Assembly (NCBI GenBank): GCA_963771275.1
Contig: CAVYSW010000003.1
Coordinates: 736,001 to 800,000, forward strand
Source: an uncultured Gemmatimonadales bacterium
GTDB taxonomy: Bacteria > Gemmatimonadota > Gemmatimonadetes > Gemmatimonadales > GWC2-71-9
DNA length: 64,000 nt
Direction of reading: 5' to 3'
Part shown: piece after piece, positions 41,400-51,196 of the stretch
Numbering within the stretch: position 1 is the first letter of the stretch
How the letters are laid out: each line of letters starts with the position of its first letter
The notes under the pieces: generated by a model
The model's input: only the letters and a program-made list of their open reading frames with translations
The model's database searches: none
Told to the model about the DNA's origin: nothing
Position numbers and translations under genes: made by a program

Positions 41400-41759
41400 A
41401 TGCCCACCAGCGACCAGAGCATGACCGGGATCGGCGGCCCCGGCATGTGGGACCCGATGTCGATTCCGCCGGCCGTCAAGCCCGAGCCCGCCGAGCCGCC
41501 GATCTGGTCCGAGGCCTTACCGGCGCCTCCGGCGCCCGTTCCTGCGCCGCCGGCCCCGGCCGCGGCCGCGAAGAAGCCCGCCAAGCGGGCGGCCAAGCCC
41601 AAGAAGAAGGCGGCGCCGAAGAAGAAGGCGGCCAAGAGCGTCGCGAAGCGGAAGCCGGCCAAGAAGAAGGCGGTGAAGAAGGCCGCAAAGAAGAAGCCGG
41701 CGAAGAAGGCCGCCGCGCGGCGACCGGCGAAGCAGCGCCCCAAGGCGCGAAAGCGCTAG
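41400..41759 (+). CDS. Lys/Ala-rich histone H1-like protein
   Basis: GGAGGG RBS; Pro-rich linker followed by KKPAKRAAKPKKKAAPKKKAAK repeats. Confidence 0.7.
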   Translation: MPTSDQSMTGIGGPGMWDPMSIPPAVKPEPAEPPIWSEALPAPPAPVPAPPAPAAAAKKPAKRAAKPKKKAAPKKKAAKSVAKRKPAKKKAVKKAAKKKPAKKAAARRPAKQRPKARKR

Positions 41760-41788
41760 CCGCACCCGTTTTCCGGCGTTATCCTGGG

Positions 41789-41820
41789 GGGGCGGTCGTG
41801 TGTGCGGCCGCCCCTTCGTG
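41789..41820 (+). terminator. Putative intrinsic terminator
   Basis: GGGGCGGTCG-tgtgtg-CGGCCGCCCC followed by TTCGTGTT, after the H1-like gene. Confidence 0.4.
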
Positions 41821-41856
41821 TTGACGTTCGACCTTTCGCGATCCGCCGAGGCGCGC

Positions 41857-43218
41857 ATGCTCCGCCGACCTGCCTGGCCGCCGCTGGTACTGCTTGGCGC
41901 CTTCCTGGTGACCGGTTGCCCGCAGCCCGGCAAGGGCAAGACCGCGTACGTCGGGGCGACGCTGATCGAGGGGACCGGCGCGCGGGCGGTGCCCAACGCG
42001 GTGATCCTGGTAAGCGACGGCCACGTGGAGGCGGTGGGCGGCGCGGACGAGGTTCCGGTGCCGCGCGGCACCAAGGTGCAGCACCTCGAGGGCCGCTGGA
42101 TCATCCCCGGGCTGATCGACGGGCATGCCCACGCGGAGCGCTGGACGCTCGGCCCGTATCTCTCCTACGGCGTCACCACGATTCGCGACATGGGTGGCGT
42201 GCAGGACAGTGTGGTCTTCTTGCGGGAGGACGTGCGGAACGGCACGGTGGACGGGCCCCGGTTGTACATCTCCGGCGCCATGATCGACGGCGCGCCCCCG
42301 ACCTGGCCCTCCGCAACGGCGGTGCGAACGCCAATGGACGCCCGCCGGGCGGTCGGCAACCGCGTGCTGATCGATGCGACGCAGATCAAGGTCTACACCA
42401 AGCTCACGCGCCCGCTGCTCGAGGCGGTGCTGGACGAGGCCAAGGCGTTGGCGACTCCGGTCGCGGCCCACCTGGGAAAGGTGGACGCGCTCACCGCCGC
42501 GCGCCTGGGGGTCCGCTCGCTCGAGCACATGAGCGGCGTCGTCGAGGCCACCGTGCCCGATCCGGCACCGCTGTTCGCCGCGCACGACGAGTTCTTCAGA
42601 GGATGGAACCTGGAGGAGGAGAGCTGGGCCCGGCTCGACTCGGCTTCACTCGATCGCACGGCCCGCGCCCTGGCGGCGACCGGTGTGGCGATCGTGCCCA
42701 CGCTGGTGTTGCACGAGGCGTGGGGGCACCTCAACGACCAAGCCTACGCCGCGTCGCTCGATCTCAGCGGTGTGCCCCAGGCCATGCGCGACGCGTGGAA
42801 CGTGCCCGACCTGATCAGACGCGCCGGCCTGCGCGACCAGGATTTCCCGGCGCTGCAGCGGTCGCGGCCCAACCAGGACCTGTTCGTGCGCCTGTTCCGG
42901 CGGGCCGGAGGCCGCGTCGTGGCCGGCAGTGACAGTCCCAACCAGCTGCTGCCCCCGGGCGCGTCGCTCCATCGCGAGCTTCGCCTCCTCGTCGCCGCCG
43001 GGCTGAGCCCCGAGCAGGCGCTGCTCGCGGCGACGCGCGACGCGGCGCGGCTGCTCGGCGCGGACAGCATCGGGGTGATCAGGGCGGGCGGCGTGGCCGA
43101 TTTCGTCGTCCTTGGCGCGGATCCGCTCACCGATATCGCCAACATCGATCAGGTAGAGCGCGTAGTTGCATACGGATTCCAGTACGATCCCAAGCAGCTG
43201 AGGAGCGGCGGCAAATAG
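41857..43218 (+). CDS. Amidohydrolase family lipoprotein
   Basis: VTGC lipobox; IPGLIDGHAH, YGVTTIRDMG, AGSDS, ADFVVLGADPL. Confidence 0.88.
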   Translation: MLRRPAWPPLVLLGAFLVTGCPQPGKGKTAYVGATLIEGTGARAVPNAVILVSDGHVEAVGGADEVPVPRGTKVQHLEGRWIIPGLIDGHAHAERWTLGPYLSYGVTTIRDMGGVQDSVVFLREDVRNGTVDGPRLYISGAMIDGAPPTWPSATAVRTPMDARRAVGNRVLIDATQIKVYTKLTRPLLEAVLDEAKALATPVAAHLGKVDALTAARLGVRSLEHMSGVVEATVPDPAPLFAAHDEFFRGWNLEEESWARLDSASLDRTARALAATGVAIVPTLVLHEAWGHLNDQAYAASLDLSGVPQAMRDAWNVPDLIRRAGLRDQDFPALQRSRPNQDLFVRLFRRAGGRVVAGSDSPNQLLPPGASLHRELRLLVAAGLSPEQALLAATRDAARLLGADSIGVIRAGGVADFVVLGADPLTDIANIDQVERVVAYGFQYDPKQLRSGGK

Positions 43219-43241
43219 GCGTAGTGGCAGGGAACTCAGCC

Positions 43242-44090
43242 ATGACGACGGGGACGGCACCGCGCTACGCGGAACAGCTCGAGCGGGCAGCGGAGTTCTT
43301 CCGCGAGCGCGACTCGTACGAAGGGGTGCTGGCACGCCGCGTGTTCGGCGAGCCCACGTCCTATGACCGCGAGCTGGCGGACCATCTGATCCGCGAGCGG
43401 CGGCGGCGGAGCCGGATGGACGGCAGCATCGCGGGGAGCCTCGTGCTCACCGCCCGCGCCCTGTGGGAGATCATGGAGCTGGGGGCCGACCGCGAGCATG
43501 CGGGCGTCGTGCGGCTGTCGGGCTACCTGCTGTCCCAGCAGGATCTCCCGGGGCGCTGGAGCGACGACGGGATGGCGGGGGACGGCTTCTTCTCCCCGGG
43601 CCCACGCGGCCGGCCGATCGCGCCCCTGGTGCTGCGGTCCGGCACGGTATTCGAGCATGAGATGGACGCCCGCTTCGTCGCCAGCTGTCTCGCGATGCGG
43701 GGCGTGCTCCGGGCCGGGCACGAGGGTCGCGCGCCGGTGCGCTCGCACCTCGAGCGGCTGCTGCGCCTCAAGCTCAACGATCCGCGGCTCGCGTTCGTCG
43801 TGCTCGGGGCCGTCGGCGTGGCGCCCCCCTCCTACCTCCCCCATGTCGACCCCCTGCTGGATGAGACCGCGCGCGGGCAGCGGCCGGACGGCACGTGGCC
43901 GGGTGTCACCGTGTTCCACGCGGTGGACCTGCTGATGAGCGTGCCGAACGCGCAGGCGCGCTCGCTCGTGACCCGTGCCGCCCCCCACATCGCCGGCCTG
44001 CAGACGGCGTCGGGCGCATTCGACCCGACCGACAACCAGGCGCTGGCCCTGATCGCCGTGCGGGCGCTGGAGGTAGCGCGAGGCGGGTAG
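43242..44090 (+). CDS. Hypothetical alpha/alpha-toroid protein with prenyltransferase/squalene-cyclase-like QxxxGxW repeats
   Basis: QQDLPGRW, QRPDGTW, QTASGAF. Confidence 0.55.
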   Translation: MTTGTAPRYAEQLERAAEFFRERDSYEGVLARRVFGEPTSYDRELADHLIRERRRRSRMDGSIAGSLVLTARALWEIMELGADREHAGVVRLSGYLLSQQDLPGRWSDDGMAGDGFFSPGPRGRPIAPLVLRSGTVFEHEMDARFVASCLAMRGVLRAGHEGRAPVRSHLERLLRLKLNDPRLAFVVLGAVGVAPPSYLPHVDPLLDETARGQRPDGTWPGVTVFHAVDLLMSVPNAQARSLVTRAAPHIAGLQTASGAFDPTDNQALALIAVRALEVARGG

Positions 44091-44138
44091 CGGGGCGCGG
44101 GCAGCTGGCAGCGTGTAGCGTGTGGCGTGTGGCGGGGG
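44083..44138 (+). repeat. Degenerate heptamer array (GCGKGTR-like) x8
   Basis: gcgggta gcggggc gcgggca gctggca gcgtgta gcgtgtg gcgtgtg gcggggg. Confidence 0.55.
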
Positions 44139-44296
44139 CTTCGCACCCCGTCATGTGTGGTGACCCCGCGGCGGGCTTGCGCGGGGTTTGTGCGTTCGGC
44201 CGGGAGGCGGTACGTTGGACTTCCGGCGGGTCGCGTGCATGACCTCGACGGACTCGACGTCGGAGGTATCATCCTCGTGGAGACAGAGGACGCGCC

Positions 44297-44950
44297 GTGA
44301 GCGAAGGTCGCCCCGCCCGAACACGACCGCAGTCAGTCGGCGAGGAGATCGCCAACAGCGTGAGCCACGGGACCGGCTTGCTGGCGGCGCTCGTCGTGGC
44401 ACCCTTCCTCGTCATCGGAGCCGCGCGACGGGGGAGCGCCGCCACGGTCGTCGGCGCGAGCGTCTTCGCCGCGACCGTCGTCGTCCTGTACCTGTCGTCC
44501 ACGCTGTATCACGCGCTGCCCCAGGCCGGGGCAAAGCGCGTGTTCCGCGTGCTCGACCACGGCGCCATCTTCCTGCTCATCGCCGGCACCTACACGCCCT
44601 TCACACTCGGCCCGCTCGCCGGCCCGTGGGGCTGGACGCTGCTCGGCCTCATCTGGGGCCTCGCGACGCTGGGTATCGTGCTGACCACGGTGAGTGGTCT
44701 CCGGTATCCGAAGCTCTCGACGGCCGTGTATGTCGGGATGGGATGGCTCGTGGTGATCGCGCTCCGCCCCCTGTGGCTGCACGTGCCCCTGGCGGGTCTG
44801 CTCTGGCTCCTGGCCGGGGGGATCGCGTACACCGCGGGGGTCGCGTTCTACGCCGCCAGGCGGATGCGCTACGGCCATTTCGTCTGGCACCTGTCGGTGC
44901 TCGCGGGCACCTGCTGCCACTGCATAGCGGTGCTCCGCTACGCGGGCTGA
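44297..44950 (+). CDS. Hemolysin III / PAQR-family membrane protein
   Basis: EEIANSVSHG, SSTLYH, LDHGAIFLLIAGTYTP, HFVWHL. Confidence 0.92.
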   Translation: MSEGRPARTRPQSVGEEIANSVSHGTGLLAALVVAPFLVIGAARRGSAATVVGASVFAATVVVLYLSSTLYHALPQAGAKRVFRVLDHGAIFLLIAGTYTPFTLGPLAGPWGWTLLGLIWGLATLGIVLTTVSGLRYPKLSTAVYVGMGWLVVIALRPLWLHVPLAGLLWLLAGGIAYTAGVAFYAARRMRYGHFVWHLSVLAGTCCHCIAVLRYAG

Positions 44951-44981
44951 CGAGCGATCGCGTCAGGGGCCTGCGGGACTC

Positions 44982-45143
44982 ATGTCCAAGCTCTTTGCGG
45001 TGGTCGGAGCCACGATCGGGGGTGCCGTGGGGTGGTGGGTCGGCGCACGCGTGGGGACCATGACGGCCTTCTGCCTGTCCGTGCTGGGAACTGCGGCAGG
45101 GGTCTACGTCGGGCGCCGGCTCGCGGCCTCGCTCGCGCCGTAG
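44982..45143 (+). CDS. 53-aa glycine-rich two-helix membrane protein
   Basis: Below the ORF-track cut-off; hand translation MSKLFAVVGATIGGAVGWWVGARVGTMTAFCLSVLGTAAGVYVGRRLAASLAP*. Confidence 0.7.
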   Translation: MSKLFAVVGATIGGAVGWWVGARVGTMTAFCLSVLGTAAGVYVGRRLAASLAP

Positions 45144-45348
45144 GGACAGCCCACTCGGCGCCATCCCGATGCGTGAAGTGGATCGGTGCGGAGGCTCCCG
45201 GTCCATCTGACCACGATTGCCGTCCGGTGTTCGCCGCGGCGGCGGCCTCCCGTTCCGCATCGACCTGTGTGGACTCTGCGTGCTCTATGGTAGACGATCG
45301 CCGATGGGTCATCGTGCCCGGGTCGGCAGCTGGTCTGGAGGGCTCCCC

Positions 45349-45918
45349 ATGTCTGAATTCAGCAATCCGATGTCCGCCGCAGCCAACGACGCGCAGGGCT
45401 ACACCCGGGCGGTGCTCGCTCTGTTGGGCAAGCAGGACCCGCTGGCGGTGCTCCGCGCCACCACGGACCGGCTGAGGCAGGCGGTCGCCGGCCACTCGCG
45501 GGACGAGCTGCGGCGCCCCGAACGGCCCGGCAAGTGGTCGGCGGTCGACGTGGTGCAGCACCTCGCCGACTCGGAGCTGGTGTGGGCATATCGCATCCGC
45601 CTCATCGTGGCGGACGATCGGCCGGTGATCACCGGCTACGATCAGGATCGCTGGGCCACGGCGCTCGCCTATCGAACAGTCGAGGTCGCCGATGCGCTCG
45701 AGCAGTTCGACGTGTTGCGCCGCGCGAACCTCCGCCTGCTCGCGGGGTTGCCGCCTGCGGCCCTGGCCCGGGTGGGACTGCACAGCGAGCGCGGCGAGGA
45801 GCGGCTCGATCACATGACGAAGCTCTACGCCGGCCACGACCTCGTGCATCTGCGACAGCTGGCGCGCATCTTCAGCGGTGTGCGGGAGGACCACAGCGAT
45901 CTACCGGAGGCTGGATGA
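45349..45918 (+). CDS. DinB/YfiT-like protein
   Basis: GGAGG RBS; GKWSAVDVVQHLADSE, YDQDRWA, YAGHDLVHLRQL. Confidence 0.85.
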   Translation: MSEFSNPMSAAANDAQGYTRAVLALLGKQDPLAVLRATTDRLRQAVAGHSRDELRRPERPGKWSAVDVVQHLADSELVWAYRIRLIVADDRPVITGYDQDRWATALAYRTVEVADALEQFDVLRRANLRLLAGLPPAALARVGLHSERGEERLDHMTKLYAGHDLVHLRQLARIFSGVREDHSDLPEAG

Positions 45919-46418
45919 CGACCGTGACCTGGCTGCGCCGCGTGGTGCGGCGCGATCTCACGACCCTCGCGGCCCAGCTCGAGGCGTACCCCGACGAGCG
46001 CGACCTGTGGCGGGCCGTTCCGGGCATCGCCAATCCGGGCGGCGCGCTGGTGCTGCACCTCGCGGGCAACGTCCGCCATTTCATCGGGGCGCAGCTGGGC
46101 GGGACGGGCTACGTGCGCGACCGGGACGCGGAGTTCAGCCGCCGCGACGTGTCGCGCGCCGAGCTCCGCGACCTGGTCGCCGCGGCCCGCGCCGAGGTCG
46201 ACACGACGCTGGCCCGGCTCGACGACGGCGCGCTGGATCGGCCCTACCCGCTCGCGGTCGGGGGCGTTTCCCTGTCCGCCGGCCAGTTCCTCATCCACCT
46301 GGCAACCCACCTTGCCTACCACCTGGGGCAGCTGGACTATCACCGGCGGGTGGTGACGGGGGGCGGGAGCGTCGCCGGCATGCAGGCGACGAGCGCCCTG
46401 GCGCCCGAGAGCCCATGA
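45915..46418 (+). CDS. DinB-superfamily (DUF1572-like) protein
   Basis: LHLAGNVRHFIG...YVRDRDAEF...HLAYHLGQ; ATGA overlap with the upstream gene. Confidence 0.82.
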   Translation: MTTVTWLRRVVRRDLTTLAAQLEAYPDERDLWRAVPGIANPGGALVLHLAGNVRHFIGAQLGGTGYVRDRDAEFSRRDVSRAELRDLVAAARAEVDTTLARLDDGALDRPYPLAVGGVSLSAGQFLIHLATHLAYHLGQLDYHRRVVTGGGSVAGMQATSALAPESP

Positions 46419-46557
46419 CGCGCGCCTGCGCCGGGATGATGGCGATCTACGCGCCGGACGCGCGCGAGATGTTGCCCGGCATGCCCGCCGCGGGAACCAT
46501 AGCCGGCAAGGCCGATCGCGGGCCGGACCGCGCGGACGCGTACCACGTGTGGGGCTC

Positions 46558-46983
46558 ATGATGCAGCGCGACTACATCCTCCGCATGATCGAACAGGCCG
46601 CCACGGTCTTGCGGGTGCTGCTGAATCGTATGCTCAAGCGCGAGGTCGACCCGGCGGACCTCCAGCAAGGCCTGCGGCAGGCGGCCGCGCTCGGCGGGCT
46701 CGACATCGACCTGCTCCGATTCGGCGACGCCGACACGGTGCTCCTCATGGTGTCGCCCGGCGGCGAGCCCGAGCCCAGCCGCGCATGGGTCGCCGCCGAG
46801 TCCCTGTTTCTCGATGCCGTCGCCGCCCAGCTCGACCACCGACCCGACGACGCCATCGCGAGCTTCGCCAAGGCGCGATTGCTGTTCGGCCTCGTCGGCG
46901 CTGCCGCCGTGCTGCCGGGCGGTTTTCCCGAGGCGGGCGAGCGGATCCGCGAGATCGACGCGTACCTGGCCGATCTGGCGTGA
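46558..46983 (+). CDS. Hypothetical protein (DUF6483-like)
   Basis: N-terminal QRDYILRMIEQ motif. Confidence 0.55.
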   Translation: MMQRDYILRMIEQAATVLRVLLNRMLKREVDPADLQQGLRQAAALGGLDIDLLRFGDADTVLLMVSPGGEPEPSRAWVAAESLFLDAVAAQLDHRPDDAIASFAKARLLFGLVGAAAVLPGGFPEAGERIREIDAYLADLA

Positions 46984-47053
46984 GCGGCGAGCCTCTCTAT
47001 CTTCTCTCTGCTCCTTGCTCCTTTCCGCCCTCTTCCTGGCCCGAGGTCCGCCC

Positions 47054-50000
47054 ATGCGCCTGGCCCTGCTGCTGATCCCGCTGCTCGCCGCTCCCGCCGC
47101 CGCTCAGCGATCCGACTCGACCCGCCGGCCGCCGCCCGAGCCGCTGCGGTTCCGCTACGTCGGGCCGGAGAGCGCCGGCCGCATGGCGGCAGTGGCCGGC
47201 ATTCCCGGCGATCCCTCGACGTACTACGCGGGCGCCGCGTCGGGTGGGGTGTGGAAGACCACCGACAGTGGCCGCACGTTCACGCCGGTGTTCGACGGCC
47301 AGCCCGTGCAGGCGATCGGCGCGCTGGCGGTGGCGCCGTCGGATCCCAAGATCGTGTGGGCGGGCACCGGTGAGGCGTGGGCGATCCGCGACGCCGACGT
47401 GATGGGCGACGGGATCTACAAGTCGACGGACGCGGGCGCCACGTGGACCAACATGGGGCTCGCGGAGACGGGCCGCATCGGTCGGATTCTCGTGCACCCC
47501 ACGAATCCCGACATCGTGTTCGCCTGCGCGCTGGGCCGCGCCACGGGGCCGCAGCAGGCGCGGGGCGTCTACCGGACCGCTGACGGCGGCCGCAGCTGGA
47601 GCCGCGTGCTGTTCGTCGACCCGAACACGGGGTGCTCCGGGCTGGCGATGGACGCCAACGATCCCAGCGTGTTGTTCGCCGGCATGTGGGAAGTCGTGAT
47701 GCACACGTGGGCGATGTTCAGCGGCGGTCCGGGAAGCGCGATCTACGCCTCGCGAGACGGCGGGACCACCTGGAAGAAGGTGGTCCACCCTGGCCTCCCC
47801 AAGTCGCCCGTCGGGAAGATCGACGTCGCGATCGCGCCGTCGGACTCGCGGCGCGTCTACGCGCTGATCCAGACGGCGAATCAGGGATCGCTGTGGCGCT
47901 CCGACGACGGGGGGAGCGCCTGGCGCGTGGTGAGCTGGGATCGCTCGCTGATCGGGCGGGCCGGCTACTACATCCGCCTCGCCGTGAACCCGAAAACGCC
48001 GGACGAGGTGATGGTCGCGAACTCGAGCTTCCATCGCTCGACCGACGGCGGCCTCACCTTCCCGCTGACCGGTGGCTGCGGCGACTGCCATGACATCTGG
48101 ATCGATCCCACCAACCCGGACCGCTGGGTGATCACCGACGACCCCGGCATGAGCATCACGACCGATCACGCGGCGAGCTACACGCGGATCACGCTGCCGA
48201 TCGGGCAGATGTACCACGTGGCCGTGGACACGCGCGTGCCGTACTGGATCTACAGCAACCGCCAGGACGACGGCACGATGCGCGGCCCGTCCAACGCGCC
48301 GGTCCAGCCGGCGAACGTCCCCTCGTATCGCTCGGGCGGCGGGCGGCGGGGGTTCGGCGGGGGCGGGGGCGGCGGGGGCGCTGCGAGCGCGTGGGAAGGC
48401 CCGCTTGGCGGGTGCGAGTCCGGGTTCACGATTCCCGATCCCACCGACTCCGACGTCGTCTGGGCGACGTGCTACGGCAACACCGTGAGCCGCTACGACG
48501 CACGGCTCGGTCGCGCCCGCTCGGTGAGCCCATGGATCCACACGCTCGATTCGCCGCCGGACAAGGTCAAGTACCGCTGCCACTGGACGCCGCCGCTCGC
48601 GATCGACCCGTTCGATCACGAGACGGTCTACTACGGCTGCCAGGTGATCTTCAAGACGTCGAACGGCGGCCAGAGCTGGAGCGTCATCAGCCCCGATCTC
48701 TCCACCAACGATCCCGCCCGGATCGCGTTCTCGGGCGGCATCATCGGCGACAACCTCGGCCAGTTCTACGGCGAGGTCGTGTTTGCGATTGCCCCCTCCC
48801 CCATCCGGCGCGGGCTCGTCTGGGCCGGGACGAACGACGGCCAGATCTGGTACACCCCGGACGGCGGGACCCGCTGGACCAACGTGACCGAGAACGTCAC
48901 CGGCATGATGCCCTGGGGCACGATCCGGCGGATCGAGCCCTCGGTGTTCGACGCCGCCACGGCGTACGTCGCGGTGGACTATCACATGATGGATAACCGC
49001 GAGCCGTTCATCTACAAGACGACCGACCTCGGTCGGACGTGGACGCAGGTCCGTGGCGACCTGCCGTCGGGCCACCCGCTCGACTACGTGATGGCGCTGG
49101 CCGAGAACCCGAACCGGAAGGGCATGCTGTTCGCCGGGACGGGCCACGGCTTCTACTACACGCTCGACGACGGCGCCCATTGGACCGCGTTCGGCACCGG
49201 GCTGCCGGCGGCGCCGGTGACGTGGGTCGTCGTCGAGCCGACGTTCCACGACGTGATCGTCTCGACCTACGGCCGCGGCCTCTGGGTGCTGCGCGACGTG
49301 ACGCCGCTCGAGCTGGCGGACCGGCCCGAGGCGTCCGGCTCGCTGGTGCTCTACCCGCCCACCCCGGGCTATCGGCAGGGGCGGAGCGGGTACGCCGACG
49401 TCAGCTTCACCGTGGCGGCCGCGCCGGCCGATTCCGTACGGGTGGAGGTGCTGGACGCGGCGGGTGGTGTCATCCGCACGTTCAAGACGGTCGCGCGCCA
49501 GGGCCGCAATCGCGTGACGTGGGATCTGCGCTACGACGGACCGAGCCAGGTGGAGCTGCGCACGACGCCGCCCGACAACCCGCACATCTGGGACGAGCCA
49601 CGATTCAAGGACAAGACGACCCGCCCGATCGTCCACTGGGGCATCCAGAGCCCGCAGCGGGCCGGCCCGCTCGCCGCGCCGGGCGCGTACGCGGTGCGGA
49701 TCACGGCGAACGGCAGCTCGCAAACCCAGTCGTTCCGCGTGGTGCGCGCATCGGCCCTTCCCTCGTCGGACACCGACCTGGCGGCGTCTACCGCCATGCA
49801 GGTCCGGATCCGTGACGACATGAACGCCGCGGTGGACCTGATCAACCGGTTGGAGGTGATGCGGCGCCAGATCGAGGACCAGCGCAAGGCAAACGGCGGG
49901 AACGCCCGGCTGGCGCGGTCGCTCGGGGAGCTCGACCAGAAGATGATGGACGTCGAGCTGCGCCTGCTGTCGCGCACCGAGATGCACAGTGACGACAAGT

Positions 50001-50248
50001 GGTACGTCGAGCCATACCGGGTCTACCTCAACCTCGTCTGGCTCGCAGGCGACGTGGGAACCGGCGCCAGTGACCTGGCGGGCGGCGCCGACTACCGGCC
50101 GACCGACGCGGCGGTCGCCGCGCTCACGATGCTCGAGCAGGAGCTGGTGGCGGCACAGGCGGCGTTCACGCAGCTGGTGCAGCGGGACGTCGCGGCGTTC
50201 AACAGAACGATGGCCGGCAAACTGCCGGCGATCACGGATCAGCCCTGA
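47054..50248 (+). CDS. Secreted VPS10/sortilin-like BNR-repeat glycosyl hydrolase family protein
   Basis: Signal peptide; FRYVGP..AGR, GGVWKTTDSG, many SxDGGxTW Asp-boxes, coiled-coil C-terminus. Confidence 0.85.
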   Translation: MRLALLLIPLLAAPAAAQRSDSTRRPPPEPLRFRYVGPESAGRMAAVAGIPGDPSTYYAGAASGGVWKTTDSGRTFTPVFDGQPVQAIGALAVAPSDPKIVWAGTGEAWAIRDADVMGDGIYKSTDAGATWTNMGLAETGRIGRILVHPTNPDIVFACALGRATGPQQARGVYRTADGGRSWSRVLFVDPNTGCSGLAMDANDPSVLFAGMWEVVMHTWAMFSGGPGSAIYASRDGGTTWKKVVHPGLPKSPVGKIDVAIAPSDSRRVYALIQTANQGSLWRSDDGGSAWRVVSWDRSLIGRAGYYIRLAVNPKTPDEVMVANSSFHRSTDGGLTFPLTGGCGDCHDIWIDPTNPDRWVITDDPGMSITTDHAASYTRITLPIGQMYHVAVDTRVPYWIYSNRQDDGTMRGPSNAPVQPANVPSYRSGGGRRGFGGGGGGGGAASAWEGPLGGCESGFTIPDPTDSDVVWATCYGNTVSRYDARLGRARSVSPWIHTLDSPPDKVKYRCHWTPPLAIDPFDHETVYYGCQVIFKTSNGGQSWSVISPDLSTNDPARIAFSGGIIGDNLGQFYGEVVFAIAPSPIRRGLVWAGTNDGQIWYTPDGGTRWTNVTENVTGMMPWGTIRRIEPSVFDAATAYVAVDYHMMDNREPFIYKTTDLGRTWTQVRGDLPSGHPLDYVMALAENPNRKGMLFAGTGHGFYYTLDDGAHWTAFGTGLPAAPVTWVVVEPTFHDVIVSTYGRGLWVLRDVTPLELADRPEASGSLVLYPPTPGYRQGRSGYADVSFTVAAAPADSVRVEVLDAAGGVIRTFKTVARQGRNRVTWDLRYDGPSQVELRTTPPDNPHIWDEPRFKDKTTRPIVHWGIQSPQRAGPLAAPGAYAVRITANGSSQTQSFRVVRASALPSSDTDLAASTAMQVRIRDDMNAAVDLINRLEVMRRQIEDQRKANGGNARLARSLGELDQKMMDVELRLLSRTEMHSDDKWYVEPYRVYLNLVWLAGDVGTGASDLAGGADYRPTDAAVAALTMLEQELVAAQAAFTQLVQRDVAAFNRTMAGKLPAITDQP

Positions 50249-50456
50249 CGCCGCCCTGCGGCTCGAATCGCTGTGGAAACGCGATCGCCGGCGGCGGTGT
50301 GACGCCGCGCGACTTCCCGGGTATCTACCGGTAGGTAGTCATGGCGCGACGGTACCCTTCATCGTCGGCGGGCTCGGTCGCCGTGTGTTCCAGAGTGCAT
50401 CGCCCGGGCGCGCGAGCGAGCCGGTGACCGAGTTACCCGCGTCGGGAGATCAGGTC

Positions 50457-51134
50457 ATGCGATCCAGTTTCCCCGTGCTCGCACTCGCCCTCGTCGCATG
50501 CAACAGCGAGGCGCCGACGGGTTCCACCGGGGCAGCCAGGCTACGCGTCGTGAATACGCTGCCGAGCGTGCCGGCGGTCGACGTCCTGGTGGCCGGTCAG
50601 GTCGTCATCGCGAACCTGTCGTTTGGGTCCGCGAGCGCGGTCACGGCCGTGCCGGAGGGCACGCAGCTCGTGGCATTCCGGCCGAGCGGCGGCAGCGCCG
50701 GGCCGGGCACGGCGCTCCTGCTCCCCCCCGACGATACGACCACCATCCTGACGGTGGACTCGTCCACCATCATCAACCCCTGGGTCCTGAGCGACAGCAA
50801 CGCGACGGTCCCGGCCGGCCGGACGAAGCTCCGCGCGGTGCACTTCGCGGAAGCCGCCCCCGGCCTCCTCGTGTGGCGCACGCAGCCCGACTGGGGGACG
50901 TTCATCACGATCCAGTTCCCGTTCCCCTACCGCACGGCCACGCCCTATGTCGAGAGCGATCCGGGCAACTGGCAATTGCTCGTCTCCACCGAAGCCTACG
51001 TCGGCGGTCAGCCCGTCGTGTCGGACACGCTGGCCCTTTCCGACGTGATCGCCGTGCCCGCGGGGGAGTCCCGGACGGTCATTCTGATGGACGACGGGAG
51101 CGGCGGTGTGAGGCTGGTGGTGATCGGGCCTTGA
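50457..51134 (+). CDS. DUF4397-like lipoprotein
   Basis: LVAC lipobox; ARLRVVN...PAVDV and KLRAVHF repeated domains. Confidence 0.7.
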   Translation: MRSSFPVLALALVACNSEAPTGSTGAARLRVVNTLPSVPAVDVLVAGQVVIANLSFGSASAVTAVPEGTQLVAFRPSGGSAGPGTALLLPPDDTTTILTVDSSTIINPWVLSDSNATVPAGRTKLRAVHFAEAAPGLLVWRTQPDWGTFITIQFPFPYRTATPYVESDPGNWQLLVSTEAYVGGQPVVSDTLALSDVIAVPAGESRTVILMDDGSGGVRLVVIGP

Positions 51135-51196
51135 GGGCGCAGCGCCTGGCTCGACAACCTCAAGGGCCGGCTCGAAGCCGGCGGGACGGCTCGGTC

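Noticed and set aside
44297..44950. Hemolysin III as a toxin/virulence factor
   Set aside because: PAQR/TrhA family proteins are widespread membrane-homeostasis proteins; the name is historical.
45165..45265. Possible structured ncRNA or riboswitch upstream of the DinB genes
   Set aside because: Only loose GC complementarity; no recognisable family motif.
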